DNA of 64,000 bases from Trueperaceae bacterium (GCA_965214405.1 OZ243956.1:1376001-1440000), one strand, 5' to 3'. Counted from the first letter of the stretch, positions 1 through 9,194 are shown. Notes: generated by a model not told the origin, from the sequence alone. Program-made: numbers and translations.

Positions 1-83
1 GGGTCTCGCCGCACCTGCCTTTGCAGACGTGCAGGATGTGTTGGGCGTGGCCCCCGCTGTTCGCAAAGTGTTGGGCCTCGAGC

Positions 84-1232
84 CTAGCCCCCCAAAATAA
101 TTCCCGCCGCCTCGTACCACGCGCCAAGCACGAGCAGCACGAGCGCGACGGGTAACATCAGCAGGAGCGCCCGGAAGCCTTCGCGGTAGCCGCTAAAGCC
201 CTTGCGAATGAGCGTCACCAAAAAGATGCCGCCGCCCGCCGTGACAAGTATGTAAGCCATGAGTTCGATTAAGAGCAGTCCGAGGATAAAAAGGAGCGCG
301 AGCGGCCCCGCGCCGCCCACGAGGCCGAAGGGGACCCCCACCGCAAAAAAGCGCGCGCCGTTCAGGAAGTACGCGGGGATGCCGAAGAGGAACGCGCTCC
401 CGAACGAGGTGATGAACGCGCCGAAAAAGAAGTTTTGGTAGAACGTCACCGCCGCCGCTCGAGCCACGTCGCCGCTGCCGTAGGCCTGGGTCGCGCCTAA
501 ACCCTCGAGGCTCGCCTCCACAAGTCCCAAGATCGCTCTGTCACACGAGGCGGGCAGGTTGGTTCCCAAAAGCACGCCCAGCGCGAACAAGCCGTAGAGC
601 CCGACAACGGTGCCGATGACCAAGCGCCGGTGCGCCCGCAGCACCCCCCAGCCCTCCTCGAGCCAGCGCCGCATAAACGTGGGCCGCACGAGCGCGTAGA
701 GCAGTGCGAGCGAGAGAAGCGCGAAAATCCAGCCCGCCGTGCGCGTTTGTAGCGCGTCCGGAATACTCACCGTGGCCGCCGCCGTCCGGAAGCCCACCCC
801 CTCGGCTCTCCACACGTCGCCCTGCTTTTGCAGCGTGACCTCGACGACCGAAAGCTGGTCGTTGGGGAGCGAGGCGGGGTAGGAGTAGCGGCGGGTGTTC
901 GGGTCGGCCTCCTCCAACTCGCGGCGGTCGGCCAAATTAACCGATGTCCCCGCCGCCGGGGGCGGGTTCTGGAGAAGGACGGGAAGCTGCGTGCAAAGCT
1001 CGTCGGGCGAGAGTTGCGCGAGCGACAAAAGTTCGGGTGAGGGAGTCTCGAGCCACGCCTGAACCGCCTCGTCAGCCACGGCCTCGGGATTCGCGCCACT
1101 CACAGGCGTGACAGGACTAACGGGAGGACTCTCTTGCGCAAAAACGGGTGACAGAGAAAAAAGAGAAAGAAGCAAGACCAAAAACAGGGGGCGCGTCACC
1201 CAAAGGGTTGTAAAGATGCTGAGCCGGTTCAA
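84..1232 (-). CDS. Membrane protein, SpoIIM/DUF95-like C-terminal domain, signal peptide and soluble N-terminal domain
   Basis: 382-aa ORF, TTG start after AGGAGA; multiple TM helices; C-terminal motifs FYQNF, LIELMAY and GAWYEA resemble DUF95. Confidence 0.6.
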   Translation of the reverse strand: MNRLSIFTTLWVTRPLFLVLLLSLFSLSPVFAQESPPVSPVTPVSGANPEAVADEAVQAWLETPSPELLSLAQLSPDELCTQLPVLLQNPPPAAGTSVNLADRRELEEADPNTRRYSYPASLPNDQLSVVEVTLQKQGDVWRAEGVGFRTAAATVSIPDALQTRTAGWIFALLSLALLYALVRPTFMRRWLEEGWGVLRAHRRLVIGTVVGLYGLFALGVLLGTNLPASCDRAILGLVEASLEGLGATQAYGSGDVARAAAVTFYQNFFFGAFITSFGSAFLFGIPAYFLNGARFFAVGVPFGLVGGAGPLALLFILGLLLIELMAYILVTAGGGIFLVTLIRKGFSGYREGFRALLLMLPVALVLLVLGAWYEAAGIILGG

Positions 1233-1253
1233 CGTAGGAATCTCCTAAATTAC

Positions 1254-1305
1254 GTGCTAGACAGTGGTACTAGACAGTGGTGCTAGACGGTGATGCCAGA
1301 AAGTG
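1254..1305. repeat. 13-bp tandem repeat x4 (GTGCTAGACAGTG)
   Basis: gtgctagacagtg/gtactagacagtg/gtgctagacggtg/atgccagaaagtg. Confidence 0.85.
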
Positions 1306-1347
1306 ACACGTTAACTGATTACCCGAACCAGGGTGCTGCGCTATCTA

Positions 1348-1893
1348 CTATACGTCCTCCAGAGGTAACCCTCGCGCGCACAGGGGGCAGGCGTCGGGGG
1401 GGTAGGTGGGAAACTCGAGCCGGGTGAGCGTGCGCAAATCTGTAAAGCGCGACAAGCCGCGGTCCACGATGCCGCCCCGCCCGACGCAGACGCCGCCCTC
1501 GCGTTCGGCGGCGTGGATGGCTTTCTGGAGGCTGCCGCCCGTCGTCACCACGTCCTCGACCGCGATAAAGCGCTCTCCCGGCGTGATGCGAAAGGCTTCG
1601 CGGAGGGTCATCCCGCCTCCCTCGCCGCCTTTTTCGGCGAAGAGCGCGCGCACATGTAGGGCTCGAGCCACGAGAAACGCGAGCACCACCCCGCCCATCG
1701 CCGGGCCGATCGTAAAGTCCGCTTCGGTGTCCATAAAAAGCTCGGCCAGCGCGTTGCCGACGCGCTCGGCGTGGTCGGGATACTGGAGCAGCGTCGTCGA
1801 CTGAAGAAACACGGGCGAGTGACGCCCTGACGCGAGGAGCAGGTGACCCTCCAAATACGCCCCCGTTTTCCTGTAAAGGTGCAAGACATCCAC
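1348..1893 (-). CDS. pyrE: Orotate phosphoribosyltransferase
   Basis: LLASGRHS and PRPP-binding VEDVVTTGGS; start placed at GTG 1893, 6 nt after TATGCT. Confidence 0.93.
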   Translation of the reverse strand: MDVLHLYRKTGAYLEGHLLLASGRHSPVFLQSTTLLQYPDHAERVGNALAELFMDTEADFTIGPAMGGVVLAFLVARALHVRALFAEKGGEGGGMTLREAFRITPGERFIAVEDVVTTGGSLQKAIHAAEREGGVCVGRGGIVDRGLSRFTDLRTLTRLEFPTYPPDACPLCARGLPLEDV

Positions 1894-1954
1894 CCCCGCA
1901 GCATACCGTAGGCGCTCGCCTCGGATGGGTGCGGTTTCGCACGGGAAGACTTGA

Positions 1955-2056
1955 TGGGGAGGTAGGACGTGGGGAGGTGGGGAGCACGAGCTTTTGGGCT
2001 TCTCCCCTCCCCTCCATCTCCTCGTCTCCCCACCTCCTGTGACCTTCCCCACTCCC
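1955..2056. repeat. Purine/pyrimidine-biased ~8-mer repeat forming an imperfect inverted repeat
   Basis: GGGGAGGT-type units followed by complementary CTCCCCAC-type units; related copy at 29308-29400. Confidence 0.6.
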
Positions 2057-2104
2057 TTTGCGTCCTTCACGCGCCCGCGCGCGGCCCCGTGATATCGTGC
2101 TCTC

Positions 2105-3880
2105 ATGGACCTCCCGATGAGCGCCGCCGCGCGCGACCTGCTGGGGCGCGAACGCGCGGCGATCGCCGACCTCCGCGCCCTGTTGGGCCGCCTCGACGCC
2201 GCCGAGCACGATGTGGTCGAACTCAAAACGGCCCTGGACGATTTAGAGGGCCTGTTTATGCTCGTCGTCTGCGGCGAGTACAACGCGGGCAAATCGAGCC
2301 TCCTAAACGCGCTTTTGGGTGAGCGCGTGATGTTGGAGGGCGTGACCCCCACGACCGACCGCATCACCATCGTGTCGTACGGGGGGGTGGAGCGGACGCT
2401 CGAGGAGGGACCCTTCACCCTGCGCCGCGAGTATCCCGCCCCCATCCTGCGCGATTTGGCGCTTGTGGACACCCCCGGCACCAACGCGGTCATCAAGAAG
2501 CACCAGGAACTCACCGAGAGCTTCGTCCCGCGCGCCGACCTGGTGCTCTTTGTCACCTCCGCCGACCGGCCCTTTACCGAGTCCGAGCGCGGCTTTTTGG
2601 AACTTATCGCCTCGTGGGGCAAAAAAATCGTGCTGGTCGTGAACAAAATGGACATTCTGGAAGAAGAAAGCGAACGCGCCAAGGTGCTCGCGTTCGTCCG
2701 CGACCACGCGCGCGAGGCGCTAGGGGTGACGCCCGAGGTGTTCGGCGTGGAGGCCAAGCGCGCGTTTCGGGCGCGGAGCGCGGGCGAAAGCGTGGAGGAC
2801 ACGGGGCTGGGGGCGCTCGAGCGTTTTATCGAACGTAACCTGGCCGTCGGCGAACGCCTCCGCCTCAAGCTGCAAAACCCGCTGGGCGTGGCCGCGCGCA
2901 TTACGGGTCTCTATCGGGGCGTGGTCAAAGAGCGGTTGGGGCTGTTAGAAGACGACCGCCGCACCTTAGACGAGGTTGACCGCCAGCTCACCCAGTTCGA
3001 GCGCGACATGCGCCGCGAGTTTGAGAGTTATCTGACGCGCATCAAGACGGTGCTGCTAGAGGTTGAGCGCCGCGGTGAAGTCTTTTTCGACGACACCATC
3101 AAGCTCAGCCGCGTCTTCGACCTCATCAACAACGAAAGGATGCGCGACGCGTTTCAGGCGAGGGTCGTCCGCGACGCGGAAACCGACATCGACCGCGCCG
3201 TGGCCGAGATGGTCGACTGGTTTATCCACCGCAACTTGCAACTCTGGGAAGACGTGATGACCTTCGTGGGCGGGCGGCGCAAAGCCTCCGAAGCGCGGGT
3301 TATCGGTGAGGTGGGCGGGCGGTTTCAGTACGACCGCGACCTGCTCATCCGCAACCTCAGCGAAAGCGCCGACGAGGTCCTATCGACCTTTGATGAACGT
3401 GAGGAGTCGCAGCGTTTAGCCGAGGGCTTGCAGGGCGCGGTGGTGCAGAGCGGGCTCATCAGCATCGGCGGCGTGGGGCTGGGCGCGGCGCTCGTGGCGG
3501 TGTTGCACACCCTGGCGCTCGACGTGACGGGCGTGGTCGCAGGCCTCACCATCGCCGGGCTGGGCCTGCTGGTCCTCCCCCGCCGCCGCCAAATCGCCAA
3601 GCGCGACCTTCACAACAAGATGCAAAGCCTGCGCGACGGCCTCTCGACAAGCATCGGCGGGCAGTTCGAGAGCGAACTCGCGCGCGCGACCGAAAAGCTC
3701 AAGGCCGCGATTGCCCCCTACACCCGCTTTGTCAAGAGCGAGTTGGAGCGCTTAGAGAACCTGCAAACCGACCTCAATACGAGCGACGCCGAGGTGCAGC
3801 GGCTGCGGCGCGAGGTGGCGGATTTGAAATTGAGGAGTTTGAAGGTGGAGGCTCGAGGGGAGCGGGAAAAGGCGTCGTAA
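2105..3880 (+). CDS. Bacterial dynamin-like GTPase
   Basis: G1 GEYNAGKS, G2 PTT, G3 DTPG, G4 NKMD; helical stalk; hydrophobic paddle near C-terminus. Confidence 0.9.
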   Translation: MDLPMSAAARDLLGRERAAIADLRALLGRLDAAEHDVVELKTALDDLEGLFMLVVCGEYNAGKSSLLNALLGERVMLEGVTPTTDRITIVSYGGVERTLEEGPFTLRREYPAPILRDLALVDTPGTNAVIKKHQELTESFVPRADLVLFVTSADRPFTESERGFLELIASWGKKIVLVVNKMDILEEESERAKVLAFVRDHAREALGVTPEVFGVEAKRAFRARSAGESVEDTGLGALERFIERNLAVGERLRLKLQNPLGVAARITGLYRGVVKERLGLLEDDRRTLDEVDRQLTQFERDMRREFESYLTRIKTVLLEVERRGEVFFDDTIKLSRVFDLINNERMRDAFQARVVRDAETDIDRAVAEMVDWFIHRNLQLWEDVMTFVGGRRKASEARVIGEVGGRFQYDRDLLIRNLSESADEVLSTFDEREESQRLAEGLQGAVVQSGLISIGGVGLGAALVAVLHTLALDVTGVVAGLTIAGLGLLVLPRRRQIAKRDLHNKMQSLRDGLSTSIGGQFESELARATEKLKAAIAPYTRFVKSELERLENLQTDLNTSDAEVQRLRREVADLKLRSLKVEARGEREKAS

Positions 3881-3927
3881 CCAAAGGATTTTTGTTAACC
3901 GCCGTGAAGGGTAAAAAGTTTAACGTG

Positions 3928-5001
3928 TCATCCGTACTGCTGAGCAGCTTTTTTCAATTGTTCTGCATATTTGTAGATGTCGTCCAGCTTCCCAAGCACC
4001 TGCTTTGATTCCACTTTGCCCTCGTCAAACAGGCCGATATATTTTTGGCTATGGTTAAAGCGCAAGCGACAGATGGGCCGACGGTTGTTGTCGTCAAGTA
4101 AAATCCCCATGTAAGATTTGGTATCTCTGTGGACAACCCTTTCGGGCGCGACAACCTGACGCACGATGGCTTTGACGATGTGATAGCCCTCGAGTTCCTC
4201 CTCGGTCGTTTCAACACCATCTTCTTCGGCTTCTTGTACTTCGACCTCCGTCTCTACGTCTTCAAGCGGGCCTACGGAGACCGCCTCTTGTTCTAAAGCG
4301 TTGCGTAACCGACTGCTTACGCGCTCCCTCACGAACTGCTGAAAGGCTTTCTTGACGAACTCTGTGAACTGCTCACGTGCTGAGGTCGTAAAGCGGCCAT
4401 GCGGGTTTATCTGTGCGTAGAAAAAGCGGACGAAGTCGTGACTGGGATTTTCTATTTGCTCGCCCAAAATCCTGTGAATCTCGCGGAGGTACTTTAGCTC
4501 GTTGGCTGTGCTGAGCATTCTATCCAAGTCAAAACTCTCTTTACTCAGCTTGCGAACTTCGGTAACCAAATCCTCCCGAACGTCCAAAAGATTAAGCTCG
4601 AGAAAGGGCCGCGCGTCCATACGGTTGGGCTCTTCAAGGTCAGAATATAGCCGGTACTGAACCCCATTCGTTAAGATGGCGATGCGCGCGTTGGTGACGT
4701 TGAAGTAGCGGTAAAGCTGGCTCATGTTGGCGTCACTAAGGTTCGTTCCCGCCGTTTTACATTCGACCAACATAATGATTTCGCCGTTCTGCTTGATGGC
4801 GTAGTCTACTTTTTCGCCCTTTTTTATGCCCACATCGGCCACAAACTCGGGTACAACCTCTCGAGGATTAAACACGTCGTAACCAAGCGCAGAAATAAAA
4901 GGCATGACGAGCGCGTTTTTTGTGGCCTCTTCGGTTGCGAGGTGTTCGATTAGGCTTGGGATACGTTGAGAAAGTCCCGCAAGCGTTTCAGCAAAGTTCA
5001 T
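3928..5001 (-). CDS. Stand-alone HsdR-N-type restriction endonuclease-like protein
   Basis: TEEATKNALVMPFISALGYDV, EKVDYAI...MLVECK, ILTNG; ATG 5001 after GGAGG; lower GC than flanks. Confidence 0.8.
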   Translation of the reverse strand: MNFAETLAGLSQRIPSLIEHLATEEATKNALVMPFISALGYDVFNPREVVPEFVADVGIKKGEKVDYAIKQNGEIIMLVECKTAGTNLSDANMSQLYRYFNVTNARIAILTNGVQYRLYSDLEEPNRMDARPFLELNLLDVREDLVTEVRKLSKESFDLDRMLSTANELKYLREIHRILGEQIENPSHDFVRFFYAQINPHGRFTTSAREQFTEFVKKAFQQFVRERVSSRLRNALEQEAVSVGPLEDVETEVEVQEAEEDGVETTEEELEGYHIVKAIVRQVVAPERVVHRDTKSYMGILLDDNNRRPICRLRFNHSQKYIGLFDEGKVESKQVLGKLDDIYKYAEQLKKAAQQYG

Positions 5002-5118
5002 CTCGTTCCTCCAAGACAAAGTTCAAGATTAGAAGGATTATAAACTACTGTGAGAATTTCGTTGCGCATAATTCCCTAAGTGCATTTTTTGACGCAAACG
5101 GTGTTACACTCCCCCCTT

Positions 5119-5958
5119 ATGAACCCCCACCCTCGAGTCGCATATCAGGGCGTCGCGGGCGCCTTTTCCGAACAGGCCAGCCTTCAATACTTGCCCCAGG
5201 CGGAAGCCGTGGGCTACCACTCTTTCGCCGACGCGTTTGAGGCCACGCTAAAGGGCGAGTGCGCTTACGCCTGTTTGCCCGTCGAAAACTCCTTAGCGGG
5301 CTCCATCAACCAAACGTACGATCTGTTAACCGATTCGGTGCTGCACGTGGTCGGCGAGCAGATCGTGCGGGTGCATCACAACTTGATGGCACGGCCCGGC
5401 GTGACGTTTGAGAGTGTCCGGCGCGTGTACAGCCATCCGCAGGCGCTGGCGCAGTGTCAGGGTTTCTTGACGCGGCACAAGCTCGAGGCCGTGACCGACT
5501 TCGACACGGCGGGGGCCGCCAAACTCTTGGCCGAAAACGGCGGCGAGGAGAGCGGCGCGATCGCCTCGAGGCGGGCGGCGGAGGTGTACGGCCTCACCAT
5601 TTTGGCCCAAAACATCGAAGACATGGACTTTAACTACACGCGCTTTTTCGTCCTGGGTCCCGACGAAGCGCCTCGCATGAGCGCGCGCAACAAGTCAAGC
5701 TTAGTCTTAGCGACCCGGCACCGTCCGGGGGATTTGGTGGCGTGTTTGGAAGAGTTCCCCAAGTACGGCATCAATATGACCAAGCTCGAGTCCCGGCCCA
5801 GGCGCGACAAGCCCTGGAGCTACCTCTTTTATCTCGACATCGAAGGCCACATCGAGGACGAGGCGGTGCAGCGGGCGATGACCGGGCTCATGCGTAAGGC
5901 CGCATTCGTCAAGTTTTTGGGGTCGTATCCGGCGGCGCCTACGGAAGAGCAGGTCTAG
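5119..5958 (+). CDS. pheA: Prephenate dehydratase
   Basis: AYQGVAGAFS, PVENS, SHPQALAQC, NYTRF, and ACT domain with TKLESRP. Confidence 0.95.
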   Translation: MNPHPRVAYQGVAGAFSEQASLQYLPQAEAVGYHSFADAFEATLKGECAYACLPVENSLAGSINQTYDLLTDSVLHVVGEQIVRVHHNLMARPGVTFESVRRVYSHPQALAQCQGFLTRHKLEAVTDFDTAGAAKLLAENGGEESGAIASRRAAEVYGLTILAQNIEDMDFNYTRFFVLGPDEAPRMSARNKSSLVLATRHRPGDLVACLEEFPKYGINMTKLESRPRRDKPWSYLFYLDIEGHIEDEAVQRAMTGLMRKAAFVKFLGSYPAAPTEEQV

Positions 5959-6008
5959 GGGGGAGGCTCGAGCTGTTTATGAAAAGTTTTATGAGAAGCG
6001 GGTCAGGC

Positions 6009-6128
6009 CAAAAAAGCTCTCCCCCACCATAAAAGTCTGGGCGACTGGCGGGGGAGTGGGGGACGCCGGGAGGATAATCCGGCGTTTTAGCACGTGGGGG
6101 TTTTTGCGTAATACATCATCGCGTGCCA
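6009..6128 (-). ncRNA. Candidate small RNA (three hairpins, intrinsic terminator)
   Basis: Minus-strand CATAAT (6135-6140); hairpin ACGCCGG/CCGGCGT with CCUC loop; 11-bp terminator stem with G-U pair followed by T6. Confidence 0.55.
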
Positions 6129-6233
6129 GAACTCATTATGGCAAAAGTATGTGAAAAATGAAAGGCTCCCGAGCTCACATTCGGGCCATCATGAAGAAAA
6201 CATGAAACGCTTGCCCACAGGGTAAACTTCTTT

Positions 6234-6470
6234 ATGGAGACCGATTTTGCGGATGCTGATTTTGTGGAGTTAGAAAAAACGCTCTCGCTCAATGACGCGC
6301 TCAAGCTCTCCGGTTTGGCCGAAACGGGCGGGCAGGCCAAGCTGCTCATCCAGAGCGGGCAGGTCAAGGTCAACGGCGAGGTCGAAACGCGGCGCAAGCG
6401 CAAAATAAGGGCGGGCGACGTGATTGAGGTGGACGGGGAGGAGTTTGAGGTGGGGCTCGAGGAGGAATAA
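6234..6470 (+). CDS. S4-domain RNA-binding protein (YbcJ/YaaA family)
   Basis: LNDALKLSGLAETGGQAKLLIQSGQVKVNGEVETRRKRKI. Confidence 0.9.
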   Translation: METDFADADFVELEKTLSLNDALKLSGLAETGGQAKLLIQSGQVKVNGEVETRRKRKIRAGDVIEVDGEEFEVGLEEE

Positions 6471-6489
6471 AGATGGGTTTTCGTTTTTC

Positions 6490-6678
6490 ATAAGCGTAGC
6501 CAAAGTTGTGACCAAAGTCAGACTGGGTGAAGAACCCAAAGACGCTGTTTATTGGCGCTCGAGACCTTATGAGGAACGCCTAGCTGCCCTGGAGGAATTA
6601 CGCCGAACTTATCACCAGTGGAAGTACGATGCTGAACCCCGACTTCAAAGAGTTTATTCAATTACTAAACGACCATGA
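6490..6678 (+). pseudogene. Small partner gene of a minimal nucleotidyltransferase; start apparently mutated (ATA)
   Basis: YWRSRPYEERLAALEELRR...PRLQRVYSITK; overlaps the downstream nucleotidyltransferase start; no in-frame ATG after the S4 gene. Confidence 0.5.
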
Positions 6679-6902
6679 CGTTCGTTACCTCGTTGTAGGA
6701 GGTTACGCAGTTGCGCTTCACGGGCATCCTCGCTACACCAAAGACTTGGACTGAGATGGACATTTGGCTATGGCTCGAGGCGTCGAACGCGGCCAAGGTC
6801 ATCAGTATGTTGGATTTTGGATTCGCGTCTTTGGGTCTGAGCGAAGCCATTTTTCTCGAGCCGCAACAAGTTATTCAGCTAAGCTATCCGCTAAAATGTT
6901 GA
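6629..6902 (+). pseudogene. Disrupted, truncated nucleotidyltransferase (DUF6036-like)
   Basis: MLNPDFKEFIQLLNDHDVRYLVVGGYAVALHGHPRYTKDLD, then TGA at 6752-6754; continues in another frame (DIW...FGFASLGL...QVIQLSYP) and ends early. Confidence 0.8.
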
Positions 6903-6925
6903 AGCACTCAACTGAAGCACCAAAG

Positions 6926-7432
6926 CTAAGGGCGCGGTGATTTAGTCTTTGAGGAAAGCTCGAGCGCCCGCACGTCCACCTTGTCCTTGTCTCTTAAAAC
7001 CACACCATAAAAATCCGCAATAGCCGCCTTCATCCGCTCCTGCATCTCGGGTGTGAGGGTGACAAAACTTGCACCTTCGTAGAGCACACGGTACGGAGCT
7101 AAAAATCCCACGGGCCAGACGATGCGGCCCAGTTCGCCCACAGTGCGCGGCGGGTCCGCAAGGTAGATGGGCACAAGGTCCACCACAACGTCACCCCTTT
7201 TGTAAAACACATCGCCATCCTCTAAACTCCCGTGCACCCTTTCAAAGCCCTCTTTGACAAGCACAGCCACGGCTCGCTCTGCATGGTCGGCGGAGATGAA
7301 AAAGTCCACGTCGTCGTGCGGGCGAACCTCACGGCCCACCACGAGTTCAACCGCGAAGCCCCCGATAAGCCAGTACAAAAGGCGTTCTTGCTCAAAGGAG
7401 CGCGCGACGGCAAGGGCGTCGGGTAGCGTCAC
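6926..7432 (-). CDS. Nucleotidyltransferase, aminoglycoside-2''/lincosamide adenylyltransferase-like
   Basis: WLIGGFAVE...RPHDDVDF, third Asp in VVDL, C-terminal RDKDKVD. Confidence 0.7.
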   Translation of the reverse strand: MTLPDALAVARSFEQERLLYWLIGGFAVELVVGREVRPHDDVDFFISADHAERAVAVLVKEGFERVHGSLEDGDVFYKRGDVVVDLVPIYLADPPRTVGELGRIVWPVGFLAPYRVLYEGASFVTLTPEMQERMKAAIADFYGVVLRDKDKVDVRALELSSKTKSPRP

Positions 7433-7555
7433 CCGCCGACTTTACCGCAGCACAAGGGCGCACACCAAAGTTGCGCGCGGCGCGCGTAGCTATACTTATG
7501 GGATGAGCCGTTACACCAACAATGCACGCACGTCTCCTGCGTAGGAAAGACCTGA

Positions 7556-8602
7556 ATGCTCAACGTTTCACACATCTACATGGAGCCCGCCGTCCCCACC
7601 TACCCGCGCGGGGCAGAGATTCTGGCGCGCTTTCCCGAGGCCAAGCGTACCGAGGTCCCCTCGCACTGGAACATCCCCGAGCTTCACGGCAACAAGGGTT
7701 TAGCCAAAGACTGGGTGCGCATCAAGCGAACCGTGCTCGTGCTGGGCGTGCGGAAAGGTTTCCCGGTGCGGGTGAACGGGCGCAGCGGCGACTTTATCGC
7801 GCCGGGTTTCGCGAGCGGCTGCGCGATGGCCTGCGCCTACTGCTACGTGCCGCGCCGCAAGGGCTTCGCCAACCCCGTGTCGACGTTTGTCAACATCGAC
7901 GCGATTTTGAAAGCCGTCGCGCGCCACGCCGCCAAGCAGGGTCCCAAGGTGCCCGCGCAGACCGACCCGGATTATTGGGTTTATGACGTTGGCGAGAATT
8001 CTGACTGTTCGGTGGACGCGCTTATTTCAGACAATCTCAAGGACACCGTGGCGCGCTTTCGTGACTTACATAATGCCAAGGCGAGCTTTGCAACCAAATT
8101 TGTCAACCGCGACCTGCTCAGTTATGACTCGCAGGGCAAGACCAGGGTGCGCTTTTCGCTCATGCCTCAGAGGATTGCTCGGGTGGTGGATGTCCGCACC
8201 TCGCCCATGCGGGAGCGAATCGACGCCGTGAACGATTTTGTCGAGGCAGGCTATGAGGTGCATCTCAACTTTAGCCCCATCATCTTGTACGAGGGCTGGC
8301 TGGAGGATTACGCCGCGCTTTTTGACGAGTTGGACGATACCCTCTCCCCCGCCGCCAAGGCGCAGGTCAAGGCGGAGGTTATTTTCTTGACCCACAACGA
8401 GGCGCTGCACGAGGTGAACTTAAAGTGGCACCCCAAGGCCGAGGCGCTTCTCTGGACGCCCGAGACGCAAGAGGCCAAGACCTCGCAGATGGGCGGGACG
8501 AACGTGCGCTACCGTCACGGCTTCAAGGGGGAGCGGGTGCGGGAGTTTCGGGAGCTACTGGCGAAACACATGCCTTACTGTCCGGTTCGTTACGCGTTTT
8601 AG
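7556..8602 (+). CDS. Spore photoproduct lyase family radical SAM protein
   Basis: GCAMACAYCY (CxxxCxxC), GENSD, SFATK, RVRFSL, LNFSPII. Confidence 0.88.
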   Translation: MLNVSHIYMEPAVPTYPRGAEILARFPEAKRTEVPSHWNIPELHGNKGLAKDWVRIKRTVLVLGVRKGFPVRVNGRSGDFIAPGFASGCAMACAYCYVPRRKGFANPVSTFVNIDAILKAVARHAAKQGPKVPAQTDPDYWVYDVGENSDCSVDALISDNLKDTVARFRDLHNAKASFATKFVNRDLLSYDSQGKTRVRFSLMPQRIARVVDVRTSPMRERIDAVNDFVEAGYEVHLNFSPIILYEGWLEDYAALFDELDDTLSPAAKAQVKAEVIFLTHNEALHEVNLKWHPKAEALLWTPETQEAKTSQMGGTNVRYRHGFKGERVREFRELLAKHMPYCPVRYAF

Positions 8603-8661
8603 AGAAAGGCAGAGAGGGTGAGGCGGTAGTTGGGTGGCTATCCTTTGGGAAGGTACTGGCT

Positions 8662-9165
8662 ATGGATGACAAGCGTGAACTTTTACGGCACTTCCTCGCA
8701 GCCTTCGCCTACCGCACGCAGAAAGCTCTGCGCGGCGCGCCAGAGTCCTTCCACTCATTTCGTGCTGCTCCGAAAGCCAGAACGCCATACGAACTCGTTC
8801 AGCACATGGAGAGCGTTCTCGGTTATGCGCGTACTTTTTTCATCGGCGGAGAGTATAGCCAAGAGCCGCTTGCCGATTTTCAAGCAGAGGCTCTCAGGCT
8901 CCACAGAACCACCGAAGACCTCGCGTACCATCTCGGAAGCGGCACGCCCTTGCAGGGCGTCACGCCGGAGCAGTTGCTGCAAGGACCTTTCTGTGATGCG
9001 ATGACGCACACCGGACAATTAGCGATGCTGCGGCGGCTCGCAGGAGCGCCCGTGCCGCCGGAGAACTTCATCTATGCCGACGTTCGAGCTGACAACTCAG
9101 GCGTAAACCAGCCTGCCCCGGTCAGACCCGGCAACCGGAGGGGAGAGTGGCGTGACGGAGAGTAA
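8662..9165 (+). CDS. DinB/YfiT-like four-helix protein
   Basis: RTPYELVQHM and DAMTHTGQLAMLRRLAG. Confidence 0.75.
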   Translation: MDDKRELLRHFLAAFAYRTQKALRGAPESFHSFRAAPKARTPYELVQHMESVLGYARTFFIGGEYSQEPLADFQAEALRLHRTTEDLAYHLGSGTPLQGVTPEQLLQGPFCDAMTHTGQLAMLRRLAGAPVPPENFIYADVRADNSGVNQPAPVRPGNRRGEWRDGE

Positions 9166-9194
9166 GACAGACCCACACCCAGCCTAACACCGCC

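Noticed and set aside
1254..1305. Possible CRISPR array (also 14986-15050 and 33631-33662)
   Set aside because: Units are 11-15 bp, directly adjacent with no spacers, and there are no cas genes.
1894..2901. 517-aa extended pyrE ORF suggesting a fusion
   Set aside because: The extension is the antisense shadow of the dynamin gene; a -10 box and GTG at 1893 give a normal-length PyrE.
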